A DNA stretch of 64,000 nucleotides. It comes from Cenarchaeum sp. GTDB taxonomy: Archaea > Thermoproteota > Nitrososphaeria > Nitrososphaerales > Nitrosopumilaceae. Position 1 is the first letter of the stretch. The number at the start of each line of letters is the position of its first letter. This document shows positions 1-10,261 of this stretch, piece by piece. The notes beneath the pieces are model-generated. The model was not told the DNA's origin, searched no databases, and saw only the letters and a program-made list of their open reading frames with translations. Both the position numbers and the translations under genes were made by a program. Location of the stretch: NCBI GenBank assembly GCA_963693095.2, contig OY843768.1:1152001-1216000 (forward strand). Reading direction: 5' to 3'.

Positions 1-3000
1 GCTGACGGGGAGGCCACGCTGCCGTCATGCGTGAGGGCAAATGAGAGCGAGGCGGCAGCCGGCCTGAACGCGTCGGTGATCATCGTGACGTCGGCGTTGG
101 CGGCCAGGACGTTTGCTGGAGTCGCCCAGTCGCGTATGCGGCCCGCGTCATCAGCACCGGCGACATATGCGACTGTGAGCTCGGCGAGTGCGCCTGAGGA
201 GGGCGCGTGTGTGAGGAGCAGGCCGCGCCAGTCATCGACGATCGTGACGTCGCTGACTGCAAGTGGGGTGTCATCACTCGTCTCCGTCGTGCCGTGCGTC
301 TCGGTCACCGTCCAGTGGGCCGCGCGCATCTCCGGTGTGGACGCGTCATCAAGGCGTATCCTGTCAGTCACTGGATCAAGGCGCACAACTGTTCTGTCTG
401 TCGAGATTGCCACTGCCGTGTGCGGCCTCGGGGGAGTCGTGTCACCATGGCTTGTGAACAGCGTAGTCGGCTCAAACGGCACGCCGTTGGCGTCCGTCAC
501 CGAGGACGATATGGTGATGCGCACCTCGGGGTATTCGGGTGTCGGCACGGAGAGATCAGGTGACCCATCACCATCATCAAGGGAGTCACCATCAATGGCG
601 CGTAGGGAGTTTATCTCGATAATGTTGGCGCCTTCACTGTACGAAATTGTGGTGTAAAAACCACTTGTGCTAAAGCCCCCTATGCCAATACCAGCAAGGT
701 TGGTATCATCAACTGTGCTGACATCAAGCGGCTCACTCACCGATACGGCCAGCGTGTACCGGTCAGAAAAGACCACCTGCGAGGCAGTCGGCGGCGTGGC
801 GTCATATGTCGCAGTAGCCGGATCGGCAGGCACGTGGGCGTTGCCGCGCGCATCCTGCAGGACCGCAGTGGCACTCACGCTATAGACTGTCGTCTCCACG
901 GCATCGTCGGCCAGGCCAAGCGTGACTCGCCGCGAGTGCTGTGTGTACGAGACCGCATCAGAGGTGGCCAGAAGGTTGTCAGTAGAGCCAGGAGCCGTGA
1001 CGCTAAATGCGCCTCGTGTAGCCGTGGAGGCCTTTAGCGGCTCGTCAAACTCGGCATACAGCGTCCTCGGGCCGGTGAACGAGGCGCCGACGAGCTCCGG
1101 ACCGTCCGCGTCAGTCGCGCGCGTCACCGTTATCGGGTCAGTCGTCGGCGCGTTGCCGGCAGCATCGCGAATCTCGGGCGGGAGCGATAGCGTGTACGGG
1201 GCGCCTGCCACAAGATCACCGAGCAAAAAGAGGACCAGGCGGCTTTTAGGCGCGGTTCCCAGCTCAGTGCGCGCCGTGGGGTCGTCTGGCACCGCACCAG
1301 GCGAGTTGTCAACCTGCCGGAGATACACGGGAATCTCCAAGCCTCCCTCTGCGGTGAGTGTGAGGCCAGGGGCGTGGAGGTATGGAGGACGAGCGGTGTC
1401 AACAGAGAATGGCAGCAGATAACGTGTGGCCGTAAAGGCGTCAAGAACCTCGTCAAACCACACATGGATCTCGGCATGTACGGCGGACATGGTGGCAGTT
1501 CTGGGCACAAAGGCTGTAGCAGTGGTCGCCACGGCCGGCCCCACACCATCTACGGCCGACGATCCAGTATACGCAACGCTGTTGCCGCCAAAGTCCTCAA
1601 GTGAGCCGTCTCCCGTTGCCACGTATGACAAGGCCGGCGTTGCGCCGGGACCAGAGTTTGTGGCGTGCGTTATGGTTATGGTGGTGTCATCCGTTCCAGG
1701 CTTTATGGCAACAGAGCTCACGGCCCTGTCGGTGCCGTCAGTCACTGTCCACTTGTTCAGGCGGTCTGCTGCGTCTGAGCCCCTAAATCGCACGGGCTCG
1801 CTAAATGTCACGTCTATGGTGGTGCGCGATGTGGTGAGCGCAGACGCAAAGGTCGGAGTCGCGCCATCTGTGGCGATCGTCGTGTGCGCAGGCAGTGCGG
1901 TGTCGCTCGCACTCAGGCGGTTCGCGTCTGTGGAGGGCATATACGATACTGCCGGTGTGGCGCCCGTGGTTCCAAGATCACGGTGGATTAGCGTGATGGT
2001 CGTGGTCCCCTGCTCCAGGGTGGCAGTAGACTGCTCAGAGGAGCCATGCCTGATCAGGCTTGCCGGAGAGCCGTCCACTGTCCACTCTCCAGCAGACGTC
2101 GTCCCGCCCACTGCAGGACTGAACGTGACGGCCGTGCTCGCAGAAGTGGACGTCCTAGCCGTGAACGGCGCCGTGACTGCAGCATATGTTGAGGCTATTG
2201 GAGAGGCCGGTGCCGCATAGTGGACGCCATTGGCGTCGGTGACTGACGTGGCCACTGTCACCTCGTGGGACACAGCAGCGGCATCAGAGGCGAGGCTGAG
2301 CAGCACGGTTTGTGAGCCACGCGAGTGCGTCACGGCGTTTGATGCCGCAAGGAGGTTTGTCTCGCTTTCGGCCACGGTTACAGAGAAGGCGCCGGGAACA
2401 ATGGTGGGGAATGCCAGCGGCTCGCTAAACGTGAGGAGGAGGGCTCGCGGGCCAACAAACGTGGCGTCGCTGACCACCGGCGCAATCGCATCAGACGCAG
2501 GAATTCCAAGCGACTGGGGCAGCTCTTGTGCTCCAGAAAAGAGTCCGTTTGTTCCGCCCACGCCAAGAGATGGAATATAGTCGATCGCCAGCAGAGAGCC
2601 GCGCGATGCCAGTGTGGCCGCGTCTGGCGCGGCGGCATGGGTCAATGTCATGGAGTCCGTGCCGACGGGCACAAAGATGCGCCCCGTCGCAGTTATTGGC
2701 ACATTGTCCAGGCTCTGTATGCCCAGGGCAGGGGCGACCTCCACTGCCCACGCGCCAGCTGACGTGTACCCGCCAACAGGGCGGTCAAACTCGACAACAG
2801 TGGACGTCGAGGCGACTGACCTGGCCACAAATGACGGCGGCCGGACGTTTAGCACGGGCATGTCAGTGACTGCACCCAGCGCGTTGGGCGGGGATGCAAT
2901 GTCAGTGACATCCCCACCGTCGTCGCGCGGCGAGTACGAGACGCCAAGCGCCGAGAGCGGTGGCGCGGCCTCGTGCGTGAGGACAAGCGTCCTTCCAGCG

Positions 3001-6000
3001 TCCGGAGTGGAGAACACGGTTCCAGTATTGAGCGTTCTTGTGAGCGAGGGCAAGTCCACGCCAGTCACGCCAAGTGTCTGTCCAGGGACGGCCGACACTG
3101 TCCAGTGGGCAGGCCTCAGAGCCGTGCGCGAGAGGTCACTGAACGTAACGTCCTCGTCAAAGATGATCGCCGTAGTCGAGAGTGTGCGCGACTCGGCGCG
3201 CATGATGGTCGGCGCTGCCGTGTCCTCGTATGTGGCCGTGATGGCACTAGTGCGCAGCGGCTGACCGGTTCCGTCGTCTGAAAAGTGCGTGCCCACAGTG
3301 TCCGTCACAGACGACGGCACGATGACCAGGTATGCCTCACCGTCGACGGGGGTGCCCGTTACGCGAATTGTGAGGGTGGACTGGCCGGGCACGTATGACA
3401 CAACAGAGTCCCCGAGGCCGCGCACGTATATGCCGTCTAGCGTGGCCGGATCAAGGGCCTCGCTGACTACAAGGCGAACCTCGCCCTTGGAGGCAAACGC
3501 CGCACTAAGTATGGCCGGCGCCCGGCCATGCGTGACCGCTATAGTCTCGGCAGTTGACGCGTTTGTCCCGTCAGACACCGAGGGCACCGTTATCTCATAT
3601 CGTGCACCGTCAAGCAGGACGTGCGTGTCAAGATCCAGGCTGACCAGAGATCCTGCGTTGGCGGAATCATGTGATGGCGTGACGGCAAGTGCGCCGGATG
3701 CCCCAACGCGGCTGACGGCAAATCTGGTCAGGGTTGGATTGGAGAGATCCTCGTCAAAGTGGACGTCAAACCGGTTGTCCCCACGATGGACGATCCTTAC
3801 ATCCGTGACCTGCGGCGGGCTTGTGTCAGACGGGGCGTTGTACGTAACGTCGTGTGTGCGTGAAATTCCAGATCTTCCGTCATATGCGCGAATTGACGCA
3901 AGGAGGCGCACCTCATATGTCGAGCCGTCCACCGCCTCGTTCTCCGTATGCAGCGTCACAATGTTGGATCGCGGGACATAGTCGTGCGCTATTGCGCCAA
4001 GGTCGGCGACCATCACGCTCTCGACGGTTGTGGGGTCAATTGGCCTGTTGAGCGTCACAATTATGGTGTTTGGCGAGGAGAACGCCGCAGAGACGATGTT
4101 CGGGCGCCTGTCATCAGAACGCCTGACGTTCTCGATCGACAGGTCACCAGATATGGCCACGCCGTTGTCGCCCTTTATGAGGCCATGCAGGGTCACAGTA
4201 TAGGCAACACCACTGCGCAGTGTTGATGTGGGGGTTAGGTTTAGTGTGGTAGAGCCCACGTCGTAAGAATGTCTGGAAAAGAGGTTGGTGTCAGACGCAC
4301 TAGGTTCCACTATTGCAAACGAGCCACCATTTAGCGAGTCGGAATCCAGCGGTCTCGTGAGCAGGACGACCACACTGTCACCATTGCTGCTGATATATGC
4401 AGACAGCGCACGTGGTGGATCCACGTCTGCCGGAGTCACTGCGAGGCTACTGGTCTGAAACAGCAAGCCGGAATATCCGGCACCCGGAATCGTGGCAAAC
4501 CTCGCAAGATGGTTGCTAGATGGATCTGCTGGATCGGGCATGAACGTTAACCGTGTACCAGTGGGCAGGATAACAGAGTGTGCCGGTGGCGTGGTGTCCG
4601 GCGCGCGCATGGTATGAAGCGTGACCTCTGTTGAGCCCTCGTTGTATTCGGCCACAACGTCCCCCAGGGGCGGTGAGACTCCAATCGTGACTGCCCCACG
4701 AAATCCAGCTGTGCTTCCGGGGGAGCCCGGATCAAGTAATTGGGGCTGCATGTCAACAAATGGAAGCGGGCCGGCAGAGAAGTCCAGTGGGCGATCAACG
4801 GAGATGCGAATGGCACGATCGCCCACAAATGCCGCCTCTCCTACTCGGGGACTCGCCGTGACGCCCGAAAGCAAAACAGAGACCCCAGATGACCCTGTTG
4901 CCGGAATGGGCAGCTCTCCGGCAAGCTTGTTCGTGTTGGCGGCGTTGGGTGTGTATTCCACGCGTAGTGTCCTCGCAGTAGAGTCCAGCATATAGTCAGT
5001 CACCAGGATCATCTGCGTAAACGCGTCGGTGCGCGAGAACTGGCGTGCAAGGGCAGAGTCGTCAGCCCCGATAAGGCGTGGTGACGAGGACGCCACGACG
5101 GTGTTCGAGTCGTTGATCAAGGACACAGTCCACTCGGAGGCGCTTGTGCTTCCTGTTATGGCCTGCGAAAACGCGATCGAGAGACCCACATTGCCCGAGG
5201 AGTGGGGCATGACAGAGTCAGGCACGATGGAAAATGACGGAGCCGCAGCCGATGAGATCGACTGTGATAGTGTAAAGGTTGTCGGATTATACGCATTGCC
5301 GGCTCTGTCAGCGAGTGTGGAGGGTATCGCGAGCGTGTGCATCCCCTGCGCGGCCAGTGGATCCAGGGTCAGGATCACACGGGTCGAGTCTGGAGCATAT
5401 GACGGGGAGACTGTTGGCGCAGTTCCGGAGGCAGGCGTCACGGTGAACGCCGCACCAGAGACGGAGTTGCCATCAAGCGGCTCGTCAAACTCTAGGAGTA
5501 TCGAGTTGCGCGCCGTAAACGACGGCCTAGGCGGCGCGGGGGCAGTCGTGTCGACCACCACGTTGCCGCCTGAGGTTATGGACGCAGGCGTGTATTCCGC
5601 CCCCGCATCATGCACGCGAAACACCGCAGACCCTTCAGGTGTAGAGCTCGTGACGGCATATGTTGCGCGCCATGTCCTGCCAGTATCACCCACAGCAGAC
5701 ATCGGGGCAGGCGATCCCCCATAGAATGACGCTCTTGGGGGATCATCAGACACTGCAGATGCCAGGCCCAGGGTGACCACAATGGTCTGGCCTGCTGAGG
5801 CGAGGCGCGCGCCATCACCAGACTTTGGCGATCCGCCGTCGATCACGTGAACCGTCAGCGATGCTGGATACTTTGGGTATGAGGGAATTGTGTTTATGGC
5901 AAAAACCTCTCCCAGATCCGGATATCCTCGAGCCTCCCAGTCCTCCCTGAACTCGTGTATGGTCGATGCCGGAGGCTCTGATGACGCATCTGTGGATCCT

Positions 6001-7880
6001 CGGAGCGCGTCCCATATCATCTGCGTTGCGCCGCGTATGGTGTCACCGCTCTCCACAGTCGAGTCGTGCAGGTCCCAGAGCAGCGAGGAGATGCGCCCCT
6101 CCACAGCATCGCCGTGACCAAGTGGAAGTGTGGTCAAGCCATCACGTATTGTAGTTGAGGACTCGAGATCCCACGTTACCTCCGGCGACCTCACGGTTTG
6201 ATGCGTGCCATCCACGAGCGCAGGAACAAAATTTGCCCATCCCTCAAACCATGCGCATGTTTCAGAGGACGGAACGAAAAAGTAGTGGGGGCGACAGTAT
6301 GCCAAATTAGGCAGAGAGATCTGTCCGTAAACACTGTTATGCACATGATGGCCATATTCATGTAAAACCGTGCTGCGGATGCTCACACGGTCCATGGCAT
6401 CGTTAAGCGAGATCTGCCGAGCAGCTGCGCTATAAAACGCACCATCGCCCGTCGAGAAATATGCAAGTACACGCGGAACATTATATCCAAATGTGGACTC
6501 AAAGAAATCATGAGCTTCTGTGATTTCGTCAAGCGCCCAGAACGCCGTGTTGAACGGTTGGCCTGAAGCTATCGTGTGAGTCATAAGATTAAGCACTCCA
6601 GCAGGCGCATTCTCCTGAGTGGGAAGATCAAACATATACAGCACCAGGAAACCTTCTGATATATGACGCACGCTCGAAAAAGAGTTGAATGTAAGCACTC
6701 GAACCACTATGTCCGGGCCGCCATCTCCATCTGGATCAGTAGAAGACACGGCAGCAAAAAATAATCCATTAGAGTCCAAAATCCTGCAGACATCTATGTC
6801 AGAGTTACGGAGAAGCACGAGGTCATCATCTGAATTCCTGTCATATAGGCACGCAGCAGCGTTTGTTGCAGGAACTATATTTCCTGTCCTATCGTGAACT
6901 AGCACTCTTCCATACACTAACACCTGGTCAGCGGCACTTTGTCCGCTCGGACCAATGGCCGACTTGATAGTCTCGGGCAGGTCATTCTCTGCGAGAGGTG
7001 TCACGATAGGAGGCGGAAACACATACGTGTGCCGTAGTTCGGGCACGATTGTGGAAGCGCCGGCAGCTCCGCCCGCGCCGGCAGCTCCGCCCGCGCCGGC
7101 AGCTCCGCCCGCGCCGGCAGCTCCGCCCGCGCCGGCAGCTCCGCCGGCGGCCTGTGCTGCTGCCGCATACGCCGCAGGACTCGCTGCCGGAATCGGATTG
7201 TTCGCCAGGTCGTCCAGCTCATCGGCAAATGACCGCACCACAAGGGAGTCAGGATCAATGGACGGGTATTCCGTAGAGATTGTTGCCTTGCCATCTTGCG
7301 CATTGTTCACAAGCCACACGAGAGGCGCCGCATCTGCCCCAGAGAGGCCCAGATCCACGTACAGCTCTGTCCCACTGTACACCACGGGCTCGTTGAGAAC
7401 CACGTTAAACATCACATTGTGCGCGTCGGTGCCAGGCCGGTATGGAAGCAGTCCCGTATACTCGTACGTCGAGCGCCCGTTGCCGTCTATCCAGAGGAGC
7501 CTCTTTGTGAGATCCGTGGCGCCGAGGAGCTCAAACTCCTCGGGGAAGCGCAGCAGGATCTCACTACCCGTGTATCCCGCCGGAGGCGTGACTGCCCCAA
7601 ACTCGGCAGGCCACGCATAGTATCCTTCCGGAGGAGTCCTGTCAGATGCCGTGCCGATGGCCGCGTTGCCCGGCACCTCCTCCCACGCGTACCACCAGCT
7701 GACCGGAAACGGCACGCCGACTGTGATGGTCTCTGGTATCTCGCTGTGGGTTCCCATTGGCCACTGGCACTCAAAGTCGCACGGTATGGCCGAGGGCGTC
7801 GCGTGAGCTAGTGCGGCAGAGCCGGAGACTGCCAGCGCGGCGGCCACGATGAGCGCAAGCGCCAGTGTTCTAACCCCCAT
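1..7880 (-). CDS. Giant secreted/surface protein (>2,626 aa, 3' end outside window): signal peptide, Ala/Gly linker, gluzincin Zn-metalloprotease domain, many ~100-aa Ig-like beta-sandwich repeats
   Basis: ATG at 7880 gives MGVRTLALALIVAAALAVSGSAALAHA (signal peptide). Manual translation shows TVLHEYGHHVH (~6340-6370), then CAWFEGWANF, then repeated DTTAP/DTSPP...FDEPL-type modules. Absent from the ORF track, consistent with no stop before position 1. A continuous chain of + strand shadow ORFs in one frame (31-7620) matches the antisense pattern of a single long gene. Confidence 0.88.
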   Translation of the reverse strand, partial: MGVRTLALALIVAAALAVSGSAALAHATPSAIPCDFECQWPMGTHSEIPETITVGVPFPVSWWYAWEEVPGNAAIGTASDRTPPEGYYAWPAEFGAVTPPAGYTGSEILLRFPEEFELLGATDLTKRLLWIDGNGRSTYEYTGLLPYRPGTDAHNVMFNVVLNEPVVYSGTELYVDLGLSGADAAPLVWLVNNAQDGKATISTEYPSIDPDSLVVRSFADELDDLANNPIPAASPAAYAAAAQAAGGAAGAGGAAGAGGAAGAGGAAGAGGAAGASTIVPELRHTYVFPPPIVTPLAENDLPETIKSAIGPSGQSAADQVLVYGRVLVHDRTGNIVPATNAAACLYDRNSDDDLVLLRNSDIDVCRILDSNGLFFAAVSSTDPDGDGGPDIVVRVLTFNSFSSVRHISEGFLVLYMFDLPTQENAPAGVLNLMTHTIASGQPFNTAFWALDEITEAHDFFESTFGYNVPRVLAYFSTGDGAFYSAAARQISLNDAMDRVSIRSTVLHEYGHHVHNSVYGQISLPNLAYCRPHYFFVPSSETCAWFEGWANFVPALVDGTHQTVRSPEVTWDLESSTTIRDGLTTLPLGHGDAVEGRISSLLWDLHDSTVESGDTIRGATQMIWDALRGSTDASSEPPASTIHEFREDWEARGYPDLGEVFAINTIPSYPKYPASLTVHVIDGGSPKSGDGARLASAGQTIVVTLGLASAVSDDPPRASFYGGSPAPMSAVGDTGRTWRATYAVTSSTPEGSAVFRVHDAGAEYTPASITSGGNVVVDTTAPAPPRPSFTARNSILLEFDEPLDGNSVSGAAFTVTPASGTAPTVSPSYAPDSTRVILTLDPLAAQGMHTLAIPSTLADRAGNAYNPTTFTLSQSISSAAAPSFSIVPDSVMPHSSGNVGLSIAFSQAITGSTSASEWTVSLINDSNTVVASSSPRLIGADDSALARQFSRTDAFTQMILVTDYMLDSTARTLRVEYTPNAANTNKLAGELPIPATGSSGVSVLLSGVTASPRVGEAAFVGDRAIRISVDRPLDFSAGPLPFVDMQPQLLDPGSPGSTAGFRGAVTIGVSPPLGDVVAEYNEGSTEVTLHTMRAPDTTPPAHSVILPTGTRLTFMPDPADPSSNHLARFATIPGAGYSGLLFQTSSLAVTPADVDPPRALSAYISSNGDSVVVLLTRPLDSDSLNGGSFAIVEPSASDTNLFSRHSYDVGSTTLNLTPTSTLRSGVAYTVTLHGLIKGDNGVAISGDLSIENVRRSDDRRPNIVSAAFSSPNTIIVTLNRPIDPTTVESVMVADLGAIAHDYVPRSNIVTLHTENEAVDGSTYEVRLLASIRAYDGRSGISRTHDVTYNAPSDTSPPQVTDVRIVHRGDNRFDVHFDEDLSNPTLTRFAVSRVGASGALAVTPSHDSANAGSLVSLDLDTHVLLDGARYEITVPSVSDGTNASTAETIAVTHGRAPAILSAAFASKGEVRLVVSEALDPATLDGIYVRGLGDSVVSYVPGQSTLTIRVTGTPVDGEAYLVIVPSSVTDTVGTHFSDDGTGQPLRTSAITATYEDTAAPTIMRAESRTLSTTAIIFDEDVTFSDLSRTALRPAHWTVSAVPGQTLGVTGVDLPSLTRTLNTGTVFSTPDAGRTLVLTHEAAPPLSALGVSYSPRDDGGDVTDIASPPNALGAVTDMPVLNVRPPSFVARSVASTSTVVEFDRPVGGYTSAGAWAVEVAPALGIQSLDNVPITATGRIFVPVGTDSMTLTHAAAPDAATLASRGSLLAIDYIPSLGVGGTNGLFSGAQELPQSLGIPASDAIAPVVSDATFVGPRALLLTFSEPLAFPTIVPGAFSVTVAESETNLLAASNAVTHSRGSQTVLLSLASDAAAVSHEVTVATSVTDANGVHYAAPASPIASTYAAVTAPFTARTSTSASTAVTFSPAVGGTTSAGEWTVDGSPASLIRHGSSEQSTATLEQGTTTITLIHRDLGTTGATPAVSYMPSTDANRLSASDTALPAHTTIATDGATPTFASALTTSRTTIDVTFSEPVRFRGSDAADRLNKWTVTDGTDRAVSSVAIKPGTDDTTITITHATNSGPGATPALSYVATGDGSLEDFGGNSVAYTGSSAVDGVGPAVATTATAFVPRTATMSAVHAEIHVWFDEVLDAFTATRYLLPFSVDTARPPYLHAPGLTLTAEGGLEIPVYLRQVDNSPGAVPDDPTARTELGTAPKSRLVLFLLGDLVAGAPYTLSLPPEIRDAAGNAPTTDPITVTRATDADGPELVGASFTGPRTLYAEFDEPLKASTATRGAFSVTAPGSTDNLLATSDAVSYTQHSRRVTLGLADDAVETTVYSVSATAVLQDARGNAHVPADPATATYDATPPTASQVVFSDRYTLAVSVSEPLDVSTVDDTNLAGIGIGGFSTSGFYTTISYSEGANIIEINSLRAIDGDSLDDGDGSPDLSVPTPEYPEVRITISSSVTDANGVPFEPTTLFTSHGDTTPPRPHTAVAISTDRTVVRLDPVTDRIRLDDASTPEMRAAHWTVTETHGTTETSDDTPLAVSDVTIVDDWRGLLLTHAPSSGALAELTVAYVAGADDAGRIRDWATPANVLAANADVTMITDAFRPAAASLSFALTHDGSVASPS
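7057..7146. repeat. 18-bp tandem repeat x5 (GCGCCGGCAGCTCCGCCC), encoding a GGAAGA linker in the giant protein
   Basis: Directly visible: four perfect copies plus one near-perfect copy. Confidence 0.95.
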
Positions 7881-7901
7881 TACGACACGGATCGTCGAGG
7901 C

Positions 7902-7912
7902 CTTATATAATA
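7902..7912 (-). promoter_or_regulatory. Archaeal TATA box for the giant protein gene (probably leaderless)
   Basis: TTATATAA on the minus strand ~25 nt upstream of ATG 7880, in an otherwise GC-rich context. Confidence 0.65.
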
Positions 7913-8052
7913 AGAGATCTCGGAAAGCGACCCCGTTATCTCCAGAACCGACACGGCCACGGGCATCACCCCCAAGTGCGCCCCAAGTGCGCCCCAACCC
8001 ACGCGCAGGGCGGCCATGACGGGTTAAATACCGCATCCGCAAGGCGTGCGGC

Positions 8053-8153
8053 GCAGGGGTATCAAAGCCTGGCCAAATGAGGGGGACTCAAGACCACAGT
8101 GGGCAATCCCCTCCCTCAGGGGTTCGTGGGTTCGAATCCCGCCCCCTGCACCA
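8053..8153 (+). tRNA. tRNA-Leu(CAA) with a short (~13 nt) intron at 37/38 (~8093-8105) and encoded CCA
   Basis: GCAGGGG/CCCCTGC acceptor stem, GGGGA-CTCAAG-[intron]-A-TCCCC anticodon arm, long variable arm, GGTTCGAATCCC T-arm; TTAAATA promoter at ~8024-8030. Confidence 0.9.
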
Positions 8154-8215
8154 ACAATAGGCCGCAACGGCAAATCCTGAAACAGTGAAATACGCTCCGG
8201 GTCTGTGCGGCATGC

Positions 8216-10261
8216 ATGAACCGCCTTGCGGACCAGACGAGCCCCTACCTCCTCCAGCACGCGTCAAACCCCGTTGACTGGCACGCGTGGGGGCCGCACG
8301 CCCTCGAGCTCGCAAAGGAGAGGGATGTCCCCATATTCCTGAGCGTGGGGTATAGCGCGTGCCACTGGTGCCACGTCATGGCGCACGAGTCATTTGAGGA
8401 CGCCGGCATTGCCGAGTTTCTCAACGGGAACTATGTTAGCATAAAGGTCGACCGCGAGGAGCGGCCAGACATTGATGACATTTACCAGAGGGCGTGCATG
8501 GAGGCCACCGGCCAGGGCGGCTGGCCGCTCAGCGCGTTTCTCACGCCAGACCAGAGGCCGTTTTACATTGGCACATACTATCCGCCGCTTGACACTGCCG
8601 GCAGGCCGGGATTCTCCAGCCTCATAAGGCAGCTAGCGCAGACGTGGCGCGAGCAGAGGTCATCGGTCAATGACGGCGCAGAACGCTTTATGCGGCGCAT
8701 GGCCGAGCAGGGAGTAAAAGCCCCCGCGGGCGGCACGCCGCACGACACTGTCGAGCGCGCAGCAGACACGCTCATGTCAATGGCCGATATCACCAACGGT
8801 GGCTTTGGCCACGCGCCAAAGTTCCCAAATGCCGCATGCCTCACGTTCCTCCTCTGCCACTCTACGCTCGAGGGCCAAAGGCACACAGGCGCGCACGCGC
8901 TTCGCACGCTGCGCCGCATGGCAGCCGGCGGCATGTACGACCACGTCGGTGGCGGGTTTCACAGGTACTCGACTGACGCGCGATGGCTTGTGCCGCACTT
9001 TGAGAAAATGGCATACGACAATGCGCTAGTGCCGCCAGTCTATGCGGCCGCATACGCGCTCACGCGCGATCCCGAGTACCTGCGGCCGGCTACGCGGACC
9101 ATGGACTTTGCCCTTCGCGAGCTCGCCGACGGGGAGGGCGGGTTTGCCTCTGCGCTAGATGCCGACTCGGAGGGCGAGGAGGGCGCATACTATGTCTGGT
9201 CGGCGCGCGAGGTTCGCGACATCCTAGGCGGGGATGCGGACATGTTCTGCCTCTACTATGACGTGACTGACGGCGGCAACTGGGAGGGCAAGACCATACT
9301 GCGCAACAGCGTGCCCCTCTCGGCAGTCACGTTCAGGTTTGGGATCGACGAGGCCACCGCGCGCACGCGCCTTGATGCGGGCCTCAAGGCGCTCCTTGAG
9401 GCGCGATCATCGAGGGAGAGGCCTGGACTTGATGACAAGAGGATCGCCGCGTGGAACGCAATGATGGCAGTCAGCCTCTGCTCTGTTGGGGCCGCCGCGC
9501 AGGAGCCGTCGTACGTCGAGGCCGCGGCGCGCTGCGTGGAGTATATGCGCGATCGCCTCTGCTCGCGCGGCGAGCCCGCAGGCCTCCGGCGCTCACGGCG
9601 GGGATCGAGCGCCGGCGAGGTGCCCGCATACCTGGAAGACCACGCGTGGCATGCCGAGGCCCTAGTCGACGTGTTCTGCGCCGGTGGCGATCCTGCCCTC
9701 CTCGAGCGCGCCGAGGCAGTGGCCGACACTATGCTCGAGAGGTTTTATGACGGCGAGGGCGGCTTTTACATGACCGGCGAGGGGACCCACGAGACCCTCA
9801 TAGTCAGGCCGCGCAGCGTGCATGACCTCTCGGTCCCCTCAGGCGCATCAGTTGCGACACGCGCGCTGTGGAGAATAGGCCACCTCACCGGCAATGAAAA
9901 ACACATTGGCGCAGCAAGGCGCGCAATGGCCGCACGCGAGGCAGCGGCCACTGAGAACCCGTTTGCCGCCGGCGCAATGCTCTGCTCGATATTTGCGCGC
10001 GAGCGCGGGCCCGTGGAGGTGACACTCCTTGACGGGGGCGGCGCGTCTGGAATGCGCGCCGCACTCGAGACGCGCTTTGCACCAGAGGCAATATCCGTAA
10101 GGATAGGCGAGCGGCGCAATCTTGCCGCGCTGAAATCGCGCGCGTTCTTTGCGGGAAAAAAGTTCAATGATGGCGAGCAGGTCGCATATGTCTGCAAAAA
10201 CTCCACATGCTCGGCGCCAATATCGTCAGTCGACGCGCTAGTACAGCAGATGCGCACCTAG
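8216..10261 (+). CDS. Thioredoxin-domain protein, YyaL/SSP411 family
   Basis: MNRL..SPYLLQHA.NPVDW, CHWCHVM, KVDREERPDID, GQGGWPL, PHFEKM motifs. Confidence 0.93.
   Translation: MNRLADQTSPYLLQHASNPVDWHAWGPHALELAKERDVPIFLSVGYSACHWCHVMAHESFEDAGIAEFLNGNYVSIKVDREERPDIDDIYQRACMEATGQGGWPLSAFLTPDQRPFYIGTYYPPLDTAGRPGFSSLIRQLAQTWREQRSSVNDGAERFMRRMAEQGVKAPAGGTPHDTVERAADTLMSMADITNGGFGHAPKFPNAACLTFLLCHSTLEGQRHTGAHALRTLRRMAAGGMYDHVGGGFHRYSTDARWLVPHFEKMAYDNALVPPVYAAAYALTRDPEYLRPATRTMDFALRELADGEGGFASALDADSEGEEGAYYVWSAREVRDILGGDADMFCLYYDVTDGGNWEGKTILRNSVPLSAVTFRFGIDEATARTRLDAGLKALLEARSSRERPGLDDKRIAAWNAMMAVSLCSVGAAAQEPSYVEAAARCVEYMRDRLCSRGEPAGLRRSRRGSSAGEVPAYLEDHAWHAEALVDVFCAGGDPALLERAEAVADTMLERFYDGEGGFYMTGEGTHETLIVRPRSVHDLSVPSGASVATRALWRIGHLTGNEKHIGAARRAMAAREAAATENPFAAGAMLCSIFARERGPVEVTLLDGGGASGMRAALETRFAPEAISVRIGERRNLAALKSRAFFAGKKFNDGEQVAYVCKNSTCSAPISSVDALVQQMRT

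Noticed and set aside
31-7620. Series of + strand ORFs rich in S/V/T/A
   Set aside because: Antisense shadows of the giant minus-strand gene, all in the same relative frame. The same applies to most overlapping ORFs in this GC-rich window.
7970-7997. CCCCAAGTGCG x2.5 between the giant gene and tRNA-Leu
   Set aside because: Too short; simple slippage with no supporting structure.
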